Shown: positions 47,977 through 58,597 of the stretch, one piece after another | Layout: each line of letters opens with the position of its first letter | Numbering within the stretch: the stretch's first letter is position 1 | Source: a virus | Taxonomy: Duplodnaviria; Caudoviricetes | Strand: one strand, 5' to 3' | DNA: 64,000 nt | IMG/VR virus record: IMGVR_UViG_3300031998_000004 | The notes under the pieces: model-generated | What the model was told of the DNA's origin: nothing | Seen by the model: the letters and a program-made list of their open reading frames with translations, nothing else | The model's database searches: none | Program-made: the position numbers and the translations under genes

Positions 47977-49896
47977 TTACTCTTCTACCGGAGTAAAGAG
48001 ATTGATAAGAGTATCCTTATCAAGTGCAGTAAAGTCGTAGTCTGGAACCACCTGCTTGGTCTCACCGTTCTCATCAACGTAAGTCATCTCGGCCTTCCAC
48101 TCAGTGAACCCGGCGTCAAGCAAGAGTGTCTTGAGGTCAATGACGCTGTGGAGCTTGCGCTTCATCATATCGAACTTATCTACTGAGCTGAACCCACGTG
48201 AGACAATGCTCTGGCCAAAACCAAACTTGCAAGGATAAATCTTGTTATCCATTACAACACCCATCATCTCCTCTCGTCTCTCACTCGTAGTCCACTCCTC
48301 AAACTCTACTGTATTAGGGTCAACCATGTAGTTCTTATCGAGATAATCAATCTCCTGACGCCCCATGAAGTAACGGAACTTACTGCCTTCCTGACCACTG
48401 AATCGGTTGTTCCAAAGAACACCCTCCTGACGGGTACCACCCTTGAAGTAAAGGATTTCGGTTGCCTCAGGCCTTGCGGTAGTCATATCACCGCTGAAGA
48501 GAACCTCTTCTCCACTCCTATAGGCAGCATTCCAACCAATCTTATATCCGCTTGCGTCGGTAAAGGAAAGGTCAAAGTCGCGTGTTCCATCGGACTCCCT
48601 CCAGTAGATACCGAAGTAGTTGTGATTGGACATTTTATAGGCGGAACCGTAAGGAAGGTTTCCAGCGAACTTCTTCTCGGATACTGGACATGCAAGGTCG
48701 ATACTGGAAGGGAAACGAACTACACCCGCCTTCTTGCGGAGCCTGTCAACGAGCTCGGCATAAAGGACTCCGAAGACCCCGTTGAGATACTTCTCATCAA
48801 GAACAACACTCGCGCCATCGTTATCTACCCAGGCCTTTCCGTTCCTGATGAAGTAAGCGTTCTTACCACCGTCCTTTGCAAGAAGGAACCTCTCGCGGAT
48901 GGTCTGAAGGAGTGAGACAATCTTGAAGCTAGTGAGCTCACCAAGTCTGTCATAAACCTCATTAAGGTCCTTACGCTCACCAAGCACTGTCTGCCAGAAC
49001 CCCTCTCGCATAGGAACATGGTTCTTATCAGCCATCCTACGGATGTCATTGATAATCTTCTTGTTCCATACGCTTGTCTTAAATGCAAGGAAGATAGGCT
49101 TAAACCTGAAGAATACCTTTGAGAGTTCGGTGAGGTCTCTCTCGTCAAAGATTCCGAAGTTAATCACTCCTGAGTTAGCCTTGATAGCCTCGATAGTCTT
49201 ACGGTCCTTGATAAGGAGGGCGTTACCAGTAGCCTTATAAACCATCCAACGGACAATCTCAAGCCCACGGCGAGGGTGGATTCCAAGTCGGTCACAGAGC
49301 TGAATCATTGCCTCGCGGTTCTGAACATCCTCTACTGCGAAGTCGGAAGGGATCCAGGCCTTATGATCAACAATGTAGTCGACACAGGTGGTTACCATAT
49401 CGTTAGACATAGCGATACCACTGGTGAGCATCCCGATACACCTCTCAACAACCTCCTTAATGGTTGCAAGTCCAATGACCTTGTAGGTCTTGATGTCCGG
49501 AACATCACTCCTGTCGTCATCGTTGCACTTGTATACGAACTCGCTCTGGAAATCGGTTCCGTAAGTGGTTGCGTAGTGGAGGACCTGGTCGATGAACTGT
49601 TCGAACCTGGACTTGGACTTCATCTGCTTCCAACTCTTATAAAAGGTGGAGTTATAGTCAACTGTCTCGGATTCAATGAAACGTATAACGTCCTCATTGA
49701 TAAGTTCCGGATAGATAATCAAGTAACCTCTCTTGAGTGCCTCACTGAAAACATAGTCCTTGTTATTGAGCTGCTTTGATTCGGTCGTGCAAACTCCAAA
49801 CGCCTTAATAAGAATTGGATTCATCATAACTTTTTTTGTTTTAATTTCGTGTATAAAAAAAGACAGCGAGAAGTAATTCACTGGTAAAACGATCAA
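47977..49896 (-). CDS. Conserved protein with a TerD-like C-terminal domain (probable start MMNPIL)
   Basis: TFYKSW, Q.LHY.TTYG, F.RFKP.FL, DFDLS..GWN..FSGDMT.A. Confidence 0.65.
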   Translation of the reverse strand: MIVLPVNYFSLSFFIHEIKTKKVMMNPILIKAFGVCTTESKQLNNKDYVFSEALKRGYLIIYPELINEDVIRFIESETVDYNSTFYKSWKQMKSKSRFEQFIDQVLHYATTYGTDFQSEFVYKCNDDDRSDVPDIKTYKVIGLATIKEVVERCIGMLTSGIAMSNDMVTTCVDYIVDHKAWIPSDFAVEDVQNREAMIQLCDRLGIHPRRGLEIVRWMVYKATGNALLIKDRKTIEAIKANSGVINFGIFDERDLTELSKVFFRFKPIFLAFKTSVWNKKIINDIRRMADKNHVPMREGFWQTVLGERKDLNEVYDRLGELTSFKIVSLLQTIRERFLLAKDGGKNAYFIRNGKAWVDNDGASVVLDEKYLNGVFGVLYAELVDRLRKKAGVVRFPSSIDLACPVSEKKFAGNLPYGSAYKMSNHNYFGIYWRESDGTRDFDLSFTDASGYKIGWNAAYRSGEEVLFSGDMTTARPEATEILYFKGGTRQEGVLWNNRFSGQEGSKFRYFMGRQEIDYLDKNYMVDPNTVEFEEWTTSERREEMMGVVMDNKIYPCKFGFGQSIVSRGFSSVDKFDMMKRKLHSVIDLKTLLLDAGFTEWKAEMTYVDENGETKQVVPDYDFTALDKDTLINLFTPVEE

Positions 49897-50003
49897 TTTT
49901 ATAGGAACTTCTTATGCTATCTATCATAGTTCTAAACAAAGAGCGGAAGGTAAAAACTTAAAAACCATATTTTAACTAAAAATAGGAACCTTACTATGCT
50001 CTT
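49861..50003 (-). ncRNA. Two tandem copies of a bulged stem-loop motif
   Basis: Units 49861-49922 and 49939-50003 share GCATA..GTTCCTAT...TTAC..C-GC with differing but complementary stems. Confidence 0.6.
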
Positions 50004-50026
50004 ATGTTTTATAAATATAAAAAGGA

Positions 50027-50644
50027 TTACTGTTCTTTAACCTTTTTGTTAGATTTTTTTGTCGGTTTCTTCTTTGACGCCTCGCTGGAGCCAAACCCAC
50101 CTTCACCTCGCTCGGTGCTTGAAAGCTCCTTAACTTCTTGAATATCAATATGATCAAAGGTTAAAGGAACCAACTGACCTATCGCTTCGCCGACCTTATA
50201 TGGCGCATACGGATAAGGGCTCACCATATCTCTCCAGTACTCAATCTCATCTTCAAAAGTATGTATCAACCTCCACCAAAATGGTCGCCGCGGCCACATA
50301 ATTGATGCATTATTGATTGCTCGCTGTTCAAGAGATGTTCTATTCTTATATATAAAACAAATCTCCCCCCTATACTGATCACTATCAATCAATCCCACCG
50401 CATTAACAAGATAGGCGTCTCCGTGTTTATAGATACTTGACTTCATCATACCGAGTATTCCCATGTGTCCGGATGTCTCACATGCGAGTCCTGTGTGATA
50501 GATATACACATCGTTCTTTTCATCATAATCCATACTCACAGCAAACACATCCAACCCTATGTCACCATCATGTGCATATGTAGGAAGTGTTGCCTCTGGA
50601 ACAAGTTTCTTAAACTTGACTGTTCTTCTAGTTACTATTGCCAT
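50027..50644 (-). CDS. dut: dUTPase (trimeric)
   Basis: PTYAH.GD.GLD, TGL, GLIDSD.YRGE, GQL, RGEGGFGSS. Confidence 0.9.
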   Translation of the reverse strand: MAIVTRRTVKFKKLVPEATLPTYAHDGDIGLDVFAVSMDYDEKNDVYIYHTGLACETSGHMGILGMMKSSIYKHGDAYLVNAVGLIDSDQYRGEICFIYKNRTSLEQRAINNASIMWPRRPFWWRLIHTFEDEIEYWRDMVSPYPYAPYKVGEAIGQLVPLTFDHIDIQEVKELSSTERGEGGFGSSEASKKKPTKKSNKKVKEQ

Positions 50645-51437
50645 AATATATACTTTCTGCTATTTTCAATATGTCGTCTTTAATTGACATTAAGTCATTT
50701 CCTTTGATTTGGAGACTAAAGTCCCATCTCTGGTCGTCCTTCAATAAGTCAAGACCACCCTTTTTCTTATAGCCGCGTCTCTCAACATTGACTATAACTG
50801 CATGTTTATCAATAAGATAACTGAGTTCTGTGGGTGCTTTAATATCAGTATAGATGCGGATTCCGTCTTCAAAATACTCTTCATTTCTTCTATCATTCTG
50901 TGCTGTGCTCTTCACCCATACATCCCGACCAAAATACTTCTGCATTACGGATTGACCAAAATAGAGAATGAAATCTCGAAGAGACATCTTACACTCGCCA
51001 GTACTTCTTTCGTCGTCGAGGTAAGATGGACAATAAGACATCATCGTACCAGGCTTCATAAGTCCTTCTGGAAGCTCATCCACTTCTTCAATTGTGAATG
51101 TCCTCAAATCTACTACAGCATGGTCCTTCCAATACTCTTCCTGCAAGTATTTGAAGTCACACCCAAGGAGCTGTTGAACCATGGTTTTGGGCGCATCACC
51201 AAACGCGTCGAGATAAACGTATTTAAAATCGGATTCTGCAAAAGCACGATCTTTATCATCAACGAGTTTCTTTACGACATCATTATACATTATATTAAAA
51301 TGATGTTTATATGCTTCTTCATTATTTACTTCAAGTTCTTCAGTACGATCAATAAACTCAAGAGTACTAGCGAGTAGGAACGCAACGGATTCCTTACCAG
51401 CACCTCTATGACCACGAATACCAATTAGTTTCTGCAT
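50628..51437 (-). CDS. Deoxynucleoside monophosphate kinase-like protein
   Basis: IGIRGHRGAGKES, FGDAPK, R.....FG, DVWV, IYTD. Confidence 0.75.
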   Translation of the reverse strand: MQKLIGIRGHRGAGKESVAFLLASTLEFIDRTEELEVNNEEAYKHHFNIMYNDVVKKLVDDKDRAFAESDFKYVYLDAFGDAPKTMVQQLLGCDFKYLQEEYWKDHAVVDLRTFTIEEVDELPEGLMKPGTMMSYCPSYLDDERSTGECKMSLRDFILYFGQSVMQKYFGRDVWVKSTAQNDRRNEEYFEDGIRIYTDIKAPTELSYLIDKHAVIVNVERRGYKKKGGLDLLKDDQRWDFSLQIKGNDLMSIKDDILKIAESIYYGNSN

Positions 51438-51458
51438 ATTTTAATATATTAAAATTCA

Positions 51459-52655
51459 TTAGTTTATTTTTCGGACAGCATCAAACAAAACATCAGGATC
51501 GATATCGTACTTCTGTGCGTTGAGTTTCATGTGGTTGATTGTCTCTTGGAGTATTTGACTAATACGAGCTATACTTAAACCCTCCTGATCGGAGATCTCT
51601 CGTGGGGTCATCGGTCGTGGTAATCCAATACCAAATTTCTTAAGGAAAATAACCCGATCTCTTGTCTTTACCCCATCAAGGAGTTTTTTAAGTGATTCCT
51701 TAAATGTATAATATGCTTCATTAATATCCAGGTCAGTTCGTGAGTCGTCTTCTATCATCAGAAGGTCCCCAACCGTAGTATCTGAGTCGGACTTGACGGG
51801 TGCATCTATATCAACAGTAATCTCTTTCTTATAACTACCAAACTCCTCCTTCTCCTTCTTAATATCCGCTTTGGGTTTCTTAACAAGCCTGCTGTAGTTA
51901 TCTAGTTCAATCATTATATAGGCGCGTATCCACATGCTAGCTACCGAACTGAACTTTGCATTTTGAATATTCTTATCGACCCACTTCAGTACTTCTTCTT
52001 TCTTATACTGACCTGGCTTACCAAACCGATATACAAACTTATTCTTAACATCACCGTAAGTGAAGAATGAGTTAACAGCCGCTTCAATATCCTTATATGT
52101 AACGGTGTCTGGTAAGGATTCAAGAGCGACCCGCACGTCATCATGGAGAGTGGACTTCTTCGGATTATACTTATCCCAACTAATCACTAATCCCAAGTTA
52201 CCGGCACTAATGAGATCTTGTAGACTCAGACCCAGTCCCTGGAAGCCCTTAGCTATACTAATAACTGTCTTGAGATTCATAGATATAAGTTTATCACGAT
52301 TCTCAGGACAGTACTCGATATCAAAATCGTTATTGTTCTTGGTATAAATATGATTAATCTCCTTGAAATATTGCTGGATGGAGTTCTCTGGAATCCACTC
52401 ACCCGGGGCTTCCTTCATAATATCAAATGCATCTTCAATAGAGATGTTCTCGCGTATCGCTACGTGGAGCGCGGATTTTAAGATTGTATCAAAGTTAGAA
52501 AATTTGTTTGCTTTCTGCATCACGTTCATCCCGTCTTCAATACTTGACATAGAGTCTTCAAGTGGAACGGGACAGCATTCTAAATTATCGTATTTATCAA
52601 TTAAATCGGAATTTTTATCAATAAAACTTGTGAGTTTTTCTTCATATGTTAACAT
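51459..52655 (-). CDS. Phage sigma70-family sigma factor
   Basis: LI..NLK.VISIAK..QG.GL...DLI..GN.GL; C-terminal HTH T.REI...GLS.ARISQI. Confidence 0.88.
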   Translation of the reverse strand: MLTYEEKLTSFIDKNSDLIDKYDNLECCPVPLEDSMSSIEDGMNVMQKANKFSNFDTILKSALHVAIRENISIEDAFDIMKEAPGEWIPENSIQQYFKEINHIYTKNNNDFDIEYCPENRDKLISMNLKTVISIAKGFQGLGLSLQDLISAGNLGLVISWDKYNPKKSTLHDDVRVALESLPDTVTYKDIEAAVNSFFTYGDVKNKFVYRFGKPGQYKKEEVLKWVDKNIQNAKFSSVASMWIRAYIMIELDNYSRLVKKPKADIKKEKEEFGSYKKEITVDIDAPVKSDSDTTVGDLLMIEDDSRTDLDINEAYYTFKESLKKLLDGVKTRDRVIFLKKFGIGLPRPMTPREISDQEGLSIARISQILQETINHMKLNAQKYDIDPDVLFDAVRKIN

Positions 52656-52718
52656 GTTTAATAGTGAATATATTCATTTATCACTATAAACTATTCGAAA
52701 AATATTGATTATTTAGAT

Positions 52719-53192
52719 ATGAATGTATTTATAGGTTGTTCACAAGAAAAGAAATCTTCGACTTGTAAGGCTGAAGACATGTATACTTCTTCTATATTCA
52801 AAAAATCCATCATATATGCGAAAGAAGTATTACATGCGGATCATATATATATACTATCAGCAAAGCATTTTCTTTTACCCTTAAATAAAACCATATCTCC
52901 TTATAATACATATCTCAGTGATTTTTCGGCCGAAAAACGAAAAGAATGGGCTGAAGAAGTTATTAAACAAATGAAATCTCATCATATAAATTTTTCCGAA
53001 AAAACTATATTCCTTTGTGGAGAAACGTATTATGGAAATCTTGAAGGTGAATTTTCTGATTGTAGATGTCCTTTTAAAGGAAGAAAATTCGGATTTATTC
53101 TTAAATGGTTAAAGAATAAATGTAAAGGCAAAGATCAAGTAAAAGAAGGAATGACTTCGTTATACGATTATTTGAAAGAGGATCTCGGTTGA
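52719..53192 (+). CDS. DUF6884-like protein
   Basis: IGCS..K..A.DMY.S..F, ILSAKH.L, I.PY, L.G..Y. Confidence 0.7.
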   Translation: MNVFIGCSQEKKSSTCKAEDMYTSSIFKKSIIYAKEVLHADHIYILSAKHFLLPLNKTISPYNTYLSDFSAEKRKEWAEEVIKQMKSHHINFSEKTIFLCGETYYGNLEGEFSDCRCPFKGRKFGFILKWLKNKCKGKDQVKEGMTSLYDYLKEDLG

Positions 53193-53257
53193 GATCCTCT
53201 TGTTATATATGATATTTCATATGTTTATGTCTAGTTATGTATGTTTTATATGAAATA

Positions 53258-53596
53258 TCATATATTTTCAACGTATCTTATTCCTCGAAACCCTTTCATA
53301 AGAATCATATCTTCCATATAATGAAACTTCCCAGATCGACATATGTACCATCCTTTCGGCCAAACAGTTCCGGTTGTAGAACAAGTGAATCCATCACTAT
53401 ATATAACATCAACTATCTCCATCCATCCTTGTACATATCCATTGTGACATATATAGCAACGTCCTCCAATAAGATTTTGTTTAGGTTTGAATGGAACTTT
53501 GAATAACATCATCTGAGATCCATATGCAACAGTTTCTAATTCTTTCTTATAGTCTTCCCATTTAATCTTTTTGGGTATTGTAATAATTACATTCAT
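53258..53596 (-). CDS. Hypothetical protein, possibly PUA/ASCH-like
   Basis: C-terminal MKGFRG.RY. Confidence 0.55.
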   Translation of the reverse strand: MNVIITIPKKIKWEDYKKELETVAYGSQMMLFKVPFKPKQNLIGGRCYICHNGYVQGWMEIVDVIYSDGFTCSTTGTVWPKGWYICRSGKFHYMEDMILMKGFRGIRYVENI

Positions 53597-53600
53597 ATGC

Positions 53601-55229
53601 TTAATTTAATTTAAGTTTCCATTTTACATGCCCTGAATCATATATCCTATAAAATGGTAATTCATTCATTATTTCAAATTCGGTTTTATTTTCAGTATCA
53701 TATCCTAATTGATTTAATCTAGATTTAGTAAAAGAAGTCCTATGATATCTAATATAACTAGATTGATTTATATACCAATATGCATTAGTAATTTTCCCAT
53801 TGGTCAAAAATCCTAGTTTTTTATATAAATCCCCATTGCTGATATCATTAGATGAAAATGACACTATACTTGATGGATTATATTGTCTAATGAAATATTT
53901 TAATAACCTATCAGCGCCTCCAATAACCTGGGTGTTTAATTTCGTGCAAAATCTTGTTAATTCCCAACAATTATCATTTTTACCTCCGCTTAATTTACTT
54001 CTTTTTGAAAAGGTCATAACACCGATCAAATTATTTTGATAAAATAACCCAATTTTAACGGAAGCATTTGTTTTACCTTGAATATGATTTTGATTAAGGA
54101 AATCGATATATTCATCTCCTATTTCTTTAATATCGCACTTTCTGGCATATATTCGTTCATTATATATACCAAGTTTAGATAATAACAGAGATTTTACTAT
54201 TTCCGGATGTAATTTAATCCAATCCTCCCATATAGAAATTAATTGAATTCCTTTTTCTTTACATTTTAAATACTTCTCTTCATGATAATGAATTGGTTTA
54301 TTATCGGAATCGTGCCAGTAGCACCCGTTGCATTCAATAGCAATGGATTTTGATGGAATAAATATATCAATTTCTTGATTCTCTAATATAGACCTATTCC
54401 TTTCAACAAAATTTATATTATATTCAATCAATATGTTTTTTACAAATTTTTCCAATCCCGATTGATTCGAATGTAGAGGATTTTGTTTTGTACACAAAAC
54501 CGTTCCAATTTTATTTCTATCCCAATATGTTCCGGAAAATATTGTAAAATGTTTCTCTTTACATAAATCACAATTACAATCATTACATTTTACTTCCCAT
54601 GACCCATCATCGTTATACCATAATACATCAGGATTATCTTTTAAAAAATTATTTCTATGTTTATTTAATATTTTCTTTTTATTTTCTTCGATATTTTGGG
54701 GCAAATTTAATATTTCAACATAATTTTTAACTCCATATTTTTTCTTAAAAGTTTCTTCTTTTTTTAAAATTATTTCTGGTGCATGTAAAGTGCAAGTTAC
54801 ACCATATTTTTCGAGACTTTTATTTTTCCTTTTTTCTACAACCGAAGGAATTTGGGAAACATTTTCTACACCGTATTTTTTTAACGTTGTTTGCTTAGCC
54901 TTATCCCTGTTTGTAAAATGTTTTTCTCCATATTTTTTTATAGAAGTGTCAATTCTTTTTTGTTTAGTATCTTCTCCTTTACCGCAACATACTAATGAAC
55001 AATATTTATGATAATATTTATCTGATTTATTAAACGATACTCGCTCTCCGCATATAGCACATACTGGATAATTGATTATATTATTTTTCCACCAATAAAG
55101 TTTTTCTAACCACGTTATATCATCCGGATAATTATCAATTAAATATTGATAAAATTCGGGGAAATGATTTTTAATATATTCTTCTCTCCAATAATATCCT
55201 TTGGTTATTGTTTTGTCTGGTTCTATCAT
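53601..55229 (-). CDS. Putative homing endonuclease, third member of the 28617/30486 family
   Basis: EIDIFIP..AIECNGCYWH, ARKC, NHIQG, RIYDSG. Confidence 0.75.
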   Translation of the reverse strand: MIEPDKTITKGYYWREEYIKNHFPEFYQYLIDNYPDDITWLEKLYWWKNNIINYPVCAICGERVSFNKSDKYYHKYCSLVCCGKGEDTKQKRIDTSIKKYGEKHFTNRDKAKQTTLKKYGVENVSQIPSVVEKRKNKSLEKYGVTCTLHAPEIILKKEETFKKKYGVKNYVEILNLPQNIEENKKKILNKHRNNFLKDNPDVLWYNDDGSWEVKCNDCNCDLCKEKHFTIFSGTYWDRNKIGTVLCTKQNPLHSNQSGLEKFVKNILIEYNINFVERNRSILENQEIDIFIPSKSIAIECNGCYWHDSDNKPIHYHEEKYLKCKEKGIQLISIWEDWIKLHPEIVKSLLLSKLGIYNERIYARKCDIKEIGDEYIDFLNQNHIQGKTNASVKIGLFYQNNLIGVMTFSKRSKLSGGKNDNCWELTRFCTKLNTQVIGGADRLLKYFIRQYNPSSIVSFSSNDISNGDLYKKLGFLTNGKITNAYWYINQSSYIRYHRTSFTKSRLNQLGYDTENKTEFEIMNELPFYRIYDSGHVKWKLKLN

Positions 55230-55292
55230 GATTAAATAATAAATATAAAATTATATTATTTTAATTCCAGAGGCATTATTAAATAATATTAT

Positions 55293-58200
55293 TTATTGAT
55301 TTCCGAGAAACTCACCGATAAATGAGTTATCGATCATCTCTCCAATGTTATCTTCAAGAGATGTTCTCTCTGGCCACAACAACTCAACTCTCTCCATTGT
55401 AAACTTACCATCACGCTTTGGTCTTCCACACTTAACAAGACACTTGAAGATCTGGTCAAACTTCTTCACCATATCGTCCATGGTCATAGCTGCAAGATTG
55501 ACTTTAATGATATCTGTACTCACCCGATTGGCATACTTGATGGCGAACGATCTTAAGAAATTATTATAGTTACTTTTTGTGGTCTCGCCGAGATCACTAA
55601 ACTCATAAGCTTCCATCATAAACTCCTTAATAGGAAGGTCAAGTCGCTCGTTCTTATCATTGTACATTATATTCACAAGTGTCCTAACCCTACCTATTGC
55701 TGCAAAGTTAAATGTTCCATTCTTGTTTCTACAGTGTTCGAAAATATCCCGGATTTGGTCCATCTCGTATTGTTTAGAGAGTGACACGAAGATGGGGACT
55801 ACCTTTTCAAAAACCTCGATGTTCTTCACGATCATCTTGTTATTGCTTAAATCCTCTTTCCATTCATTACCTTTCTTAATGTCAAACCTACCTCTGAGAA
55901 CTTCTTTATAGATGTTTAACCTATCCTCAGTGATAATATCCATCAACTCTTCGATGTGTGTGGTATTAAGAGTGAGTTGTTCGTCGTAAGCGAGCTTAAC
56001 CATGTCCTTAAGATTAGAGAAGTCCTCCATCCCTTCCATCTTAAAATCCTTTAGATCACGAGCTTGAATCTCATACCCGTATGCCTGCATACCCTTCATA
56101 ATTACTGGGAGTTGCTGAACATACTCGCGATACTTCCTTTCAAAATAAATCACTTTATAAGCGATTTCATTGAGGTAATACTTATTATCTAATTCATTAT
56201 ACTCAATGAACTTATTATCGCGTATAATCGAAGATACGAGACTGTTATAGCGATATTCTACAGGGTTCCTCTCAATCATCTCATTACATATCCTTAAGAT
56301 TGAATGGACATTCTTTATCTCTTCATCATTAAGTTTAAAGTCTAGTGGTTTAAATTTATGAAGAGAACGTGAATTACCTTCTGCATCATTTTTTGCTACG
56401 TATAAATTAACAAATAGATTGGTTTTACGGATCCGGTTAGACCATTGGTCTAATTCATGAGGCATATATAAATCCGCAAAATAAATTTCGAAATTATATG
56501 AATCCAAAATGTCTGATCCCACTGAAAGATATGAGCTACATAACAACACCTGGATGTCTTTGATAGTCTTCTTAAAGTTCACATCATCCATAAAATCCTC
56601 ACCCACATTACTTTTCTTATAATACTGAAGACGAAGTGGTTCATAGATTGCATGTTCATGTTGTAGGAAATATGTCACGGCCGCATTAATTTGTTTACTA
56701 TAGAGAGTACCATTATTTGTAGGGAATAATACTCGTTTTCCATTAGCAATATCATTTGCCATAGCACGACACATCTGGAACATAAGGTGTTGACTAGAGT
56801 CTACAAGATTTACCTTAAAAACCTTTTGTCTTGTTTCTTCTTTAATAACCTTTAGGTGTACAGCATCTGGAAAGAATACGAGTTCCCCGCTTGGGGTTCC
56901 ACTCATCATAATGATTGGAATCTCGGTGTTCCTGATCATCTCAACAACCTTTGCCATTACTGGTCGGTACTCGGACATGAACATCAAGTGACTCTCGTCA
57001 ATGAATATATAGTTAAATCCATTTGCTTTAACGTCCATCAGATTCAAACGACTGAACTTATCAATTGTAAGGGATAGACCTTTTGCAACATCAAGTCTCG
57101 GAGCTCGGTTTCCATAACTGTAATACCAATCTTTATCTCCTTCAGTCTTTGATTTGATAACACTGGTGAATGGGAGAACAAGCATCACTTTCTTTCCTTC
57201 CTTTGCCAACATCTTCACCATTTCGGTCTTACCAAGACCGGGACCAGCCTCAAGCAGAGTCAGTCTCCCACAGGCATCAAGAATATCATATCTTATATTG
57301 CCTAGATATTGGTCTTTTGATATTTTGAATTCCTTGTAGTATTTACTTTCCTTAATCAACACAGGATTCTCAATCTGTTTCATTGCGGAGAATATCTCGC
57401 TCTCATCAAACGTATCATTCTCAATGTTTAATTTGATTTTGAACCCATGTACATTATTAAGTCTATCAACCGCCCAAGGATCAACTGGTTTCTTATATTT
57501 GTTTGCTGTGATACAGTCAGCTTGTAACTCTTTGTCTTTCACAGCGTTACTAGTGATCATTCGGAGATACCTATATCCTTGTTCAAACCCATACAAGGAT
57601 ACAAGTGTGTTTGCAAGTCTCCACCTTTCATTATGCTTATAGTGAACTTTGTTATGTGTATCAAACTCAAGCAGTGGTTTGTCAATAACACTTACTTGAA
57701 TGTTGTTTCTCTCATCATCAACAAAGGTATCAAACCTTTTGAATACTTCTTTAAGGTCAGGATAGGTTATCCAGTCAAGCTCCGGACAACCAACATCATC
57801 TATGCTATCAAAGTTCACATAGATGAAATCTTCAAAGAAATGTGATGAAATAAGTGGGTGTGGATCGTATCCAATAATCGCTCCCTGTTGTGGTTTGAAC
57901 ATTGACAGGTCCATCCACTTAAGGATATCGTTCTTGGTGTAGCCCAACTTCTCACATCCACTCAAGATACTCAAGTATACAAATGAATACTTATGACGGA
58001 AGTTGGTTAGGAAAAGAAGTCTCTTCTTCTTTACATCTTCATTATCCTTCTCCGGAACTGCAATCTTCGTCCATACGTGAAGGCCCATCTTCGATGAACT
58101 CAAACACACCCCCAAGAACCAGTTACAATTCTTGAGTTTATCGAATATAATCTTTTTAATCTCTCTTGCAAGGGTTGCATCTTTAATATCCAAGTCAATT

Positions 58201-58562
58201 ACCTGAAAACCATTCCATAGTGTAAATGCAGTCTCACCAACTGGTCGTTCTTCAGTTGATGTACTATAGATAACATGTCGGTTGGTTTTCTTTGTATTCT
58301 TAAACTCAGGATTAACTGCAGTATTAACAAGGTCCCTTAAAGAACCTACTGTTCCTGTACTTGTAAATAGATTTGGAAATATCGTTGCTTGACACTCTTC
58401 TAATCTCTTACTAAATTGCTTCCTTTCATCAACACTCAGTAATAAGGCATCATCATTACTGAATGTCTCCTGTGCCCAATGCTGCTTCCAAGAGTACTTG
58501 GTTGGTGTATTCATAACCCTATATGATTGTAGGGCTTGTTCTAAAGATACATTACTAGACAT
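55293..58562 (-). CDS. Primase-helicase fusion (BT4734/VirE-N-like primase plus SF2 helicase)
   Basis: IDLDIK, S.S.MGLH; AGPGLGKT, IDESH, MSGTP. Confidence 0.8.
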   Translation of the reverse strand: MSSNVSLEQALQSYRVMNTPTKYSWKQHWAQETFSNDDALLLSVDERKQFSKRLEECQATIFPNLFTSTGTVGSLRDLVNTAVNPEFKNTKKTNRHVIYSTSTEERPVGETAFTLWNGFQVIDLDIKDATLAREIKKIIFDKLKNCNWFLGVCLSSSKMGLHVWTKIAVPEKDNEDVKKKRLLFLTNFRHKYSFVYLSILSGCEKLGYTKNDILKWMDLSMFKPQQGAIIGYDPHPLISSHFFEDFIYVNFDSIDDVGCPELDWITYPDLKEVFKRFDTFVDDERNNIQVSVIDKPLLEFDTHNKVHYKHNERWRLANTLVSLYGFEQGYRYLRMITSNAVKDKELQADCITANKYKKPVDPWAVDRLNNVHGFKIKLNIENDTFDESEIFSAMKQIENPVLIKESKYYKEFKISKDQYLGNIRYDILDACGRLTLLEAGPGLGKTEMVKMLAKEGKKVMLVLPFTSVIKSKTEGDKDWYYSYGNRAPRLDVAKGLSLTIDKFSRLNLMDVKANGFNYIFIDESHLMFMSEYRPVMAKVVEMIRNTEIPIIMMSGTPSGELVFFPDAVHLKVIKEETRQKVFKVNLVDSSQHLMFQMCRAMANDIANGKRVLFPTNNGTLYSKQINAAVTYFLQHEHAIYEPLRLQYYKKSNVGEDFMDDVNFKKTIKDIQVLLCSSYLSVGSDILDSYNFEIYFADLYMPHELDQWSNRIRKTNLFVNLYVAKNDAEGNSRSLHKFKPLDFKLNDEEIKNVHSILRICNEMIERNPVEYRYNSLVSSIIRDNKFIEYNELDNKYYLNEIAYKVIYFERKYREYVQQLPVIMKGMQAYGYEIQARDLKDFKMEGMEDFSNLKDMVKLAYDEQLTLNTTHIEELMDIITEDRLNIYKEVLRGRFDIKKGNEWKEDLSNNKMIVKNIEVFEKVVPIFVSLSKQYEMDQIRDIFEHCRNKNGTFNFAAIGRVRTLVNIMYNDKNERLDLPIKEFMMEAYEFSDLGETTKSNYNNFLRSFAIKYANRVSTDIIKVNLAAMTMDDMVKKFDQIFKCLVKCGRPKRDGKFTMERVELLWPERTSLEDNIGEMIDNSFIGEFLGNQ

Positions 58563-58597
58563 GAATTAATATAATAAAATGTCATTATTATTTTTAT

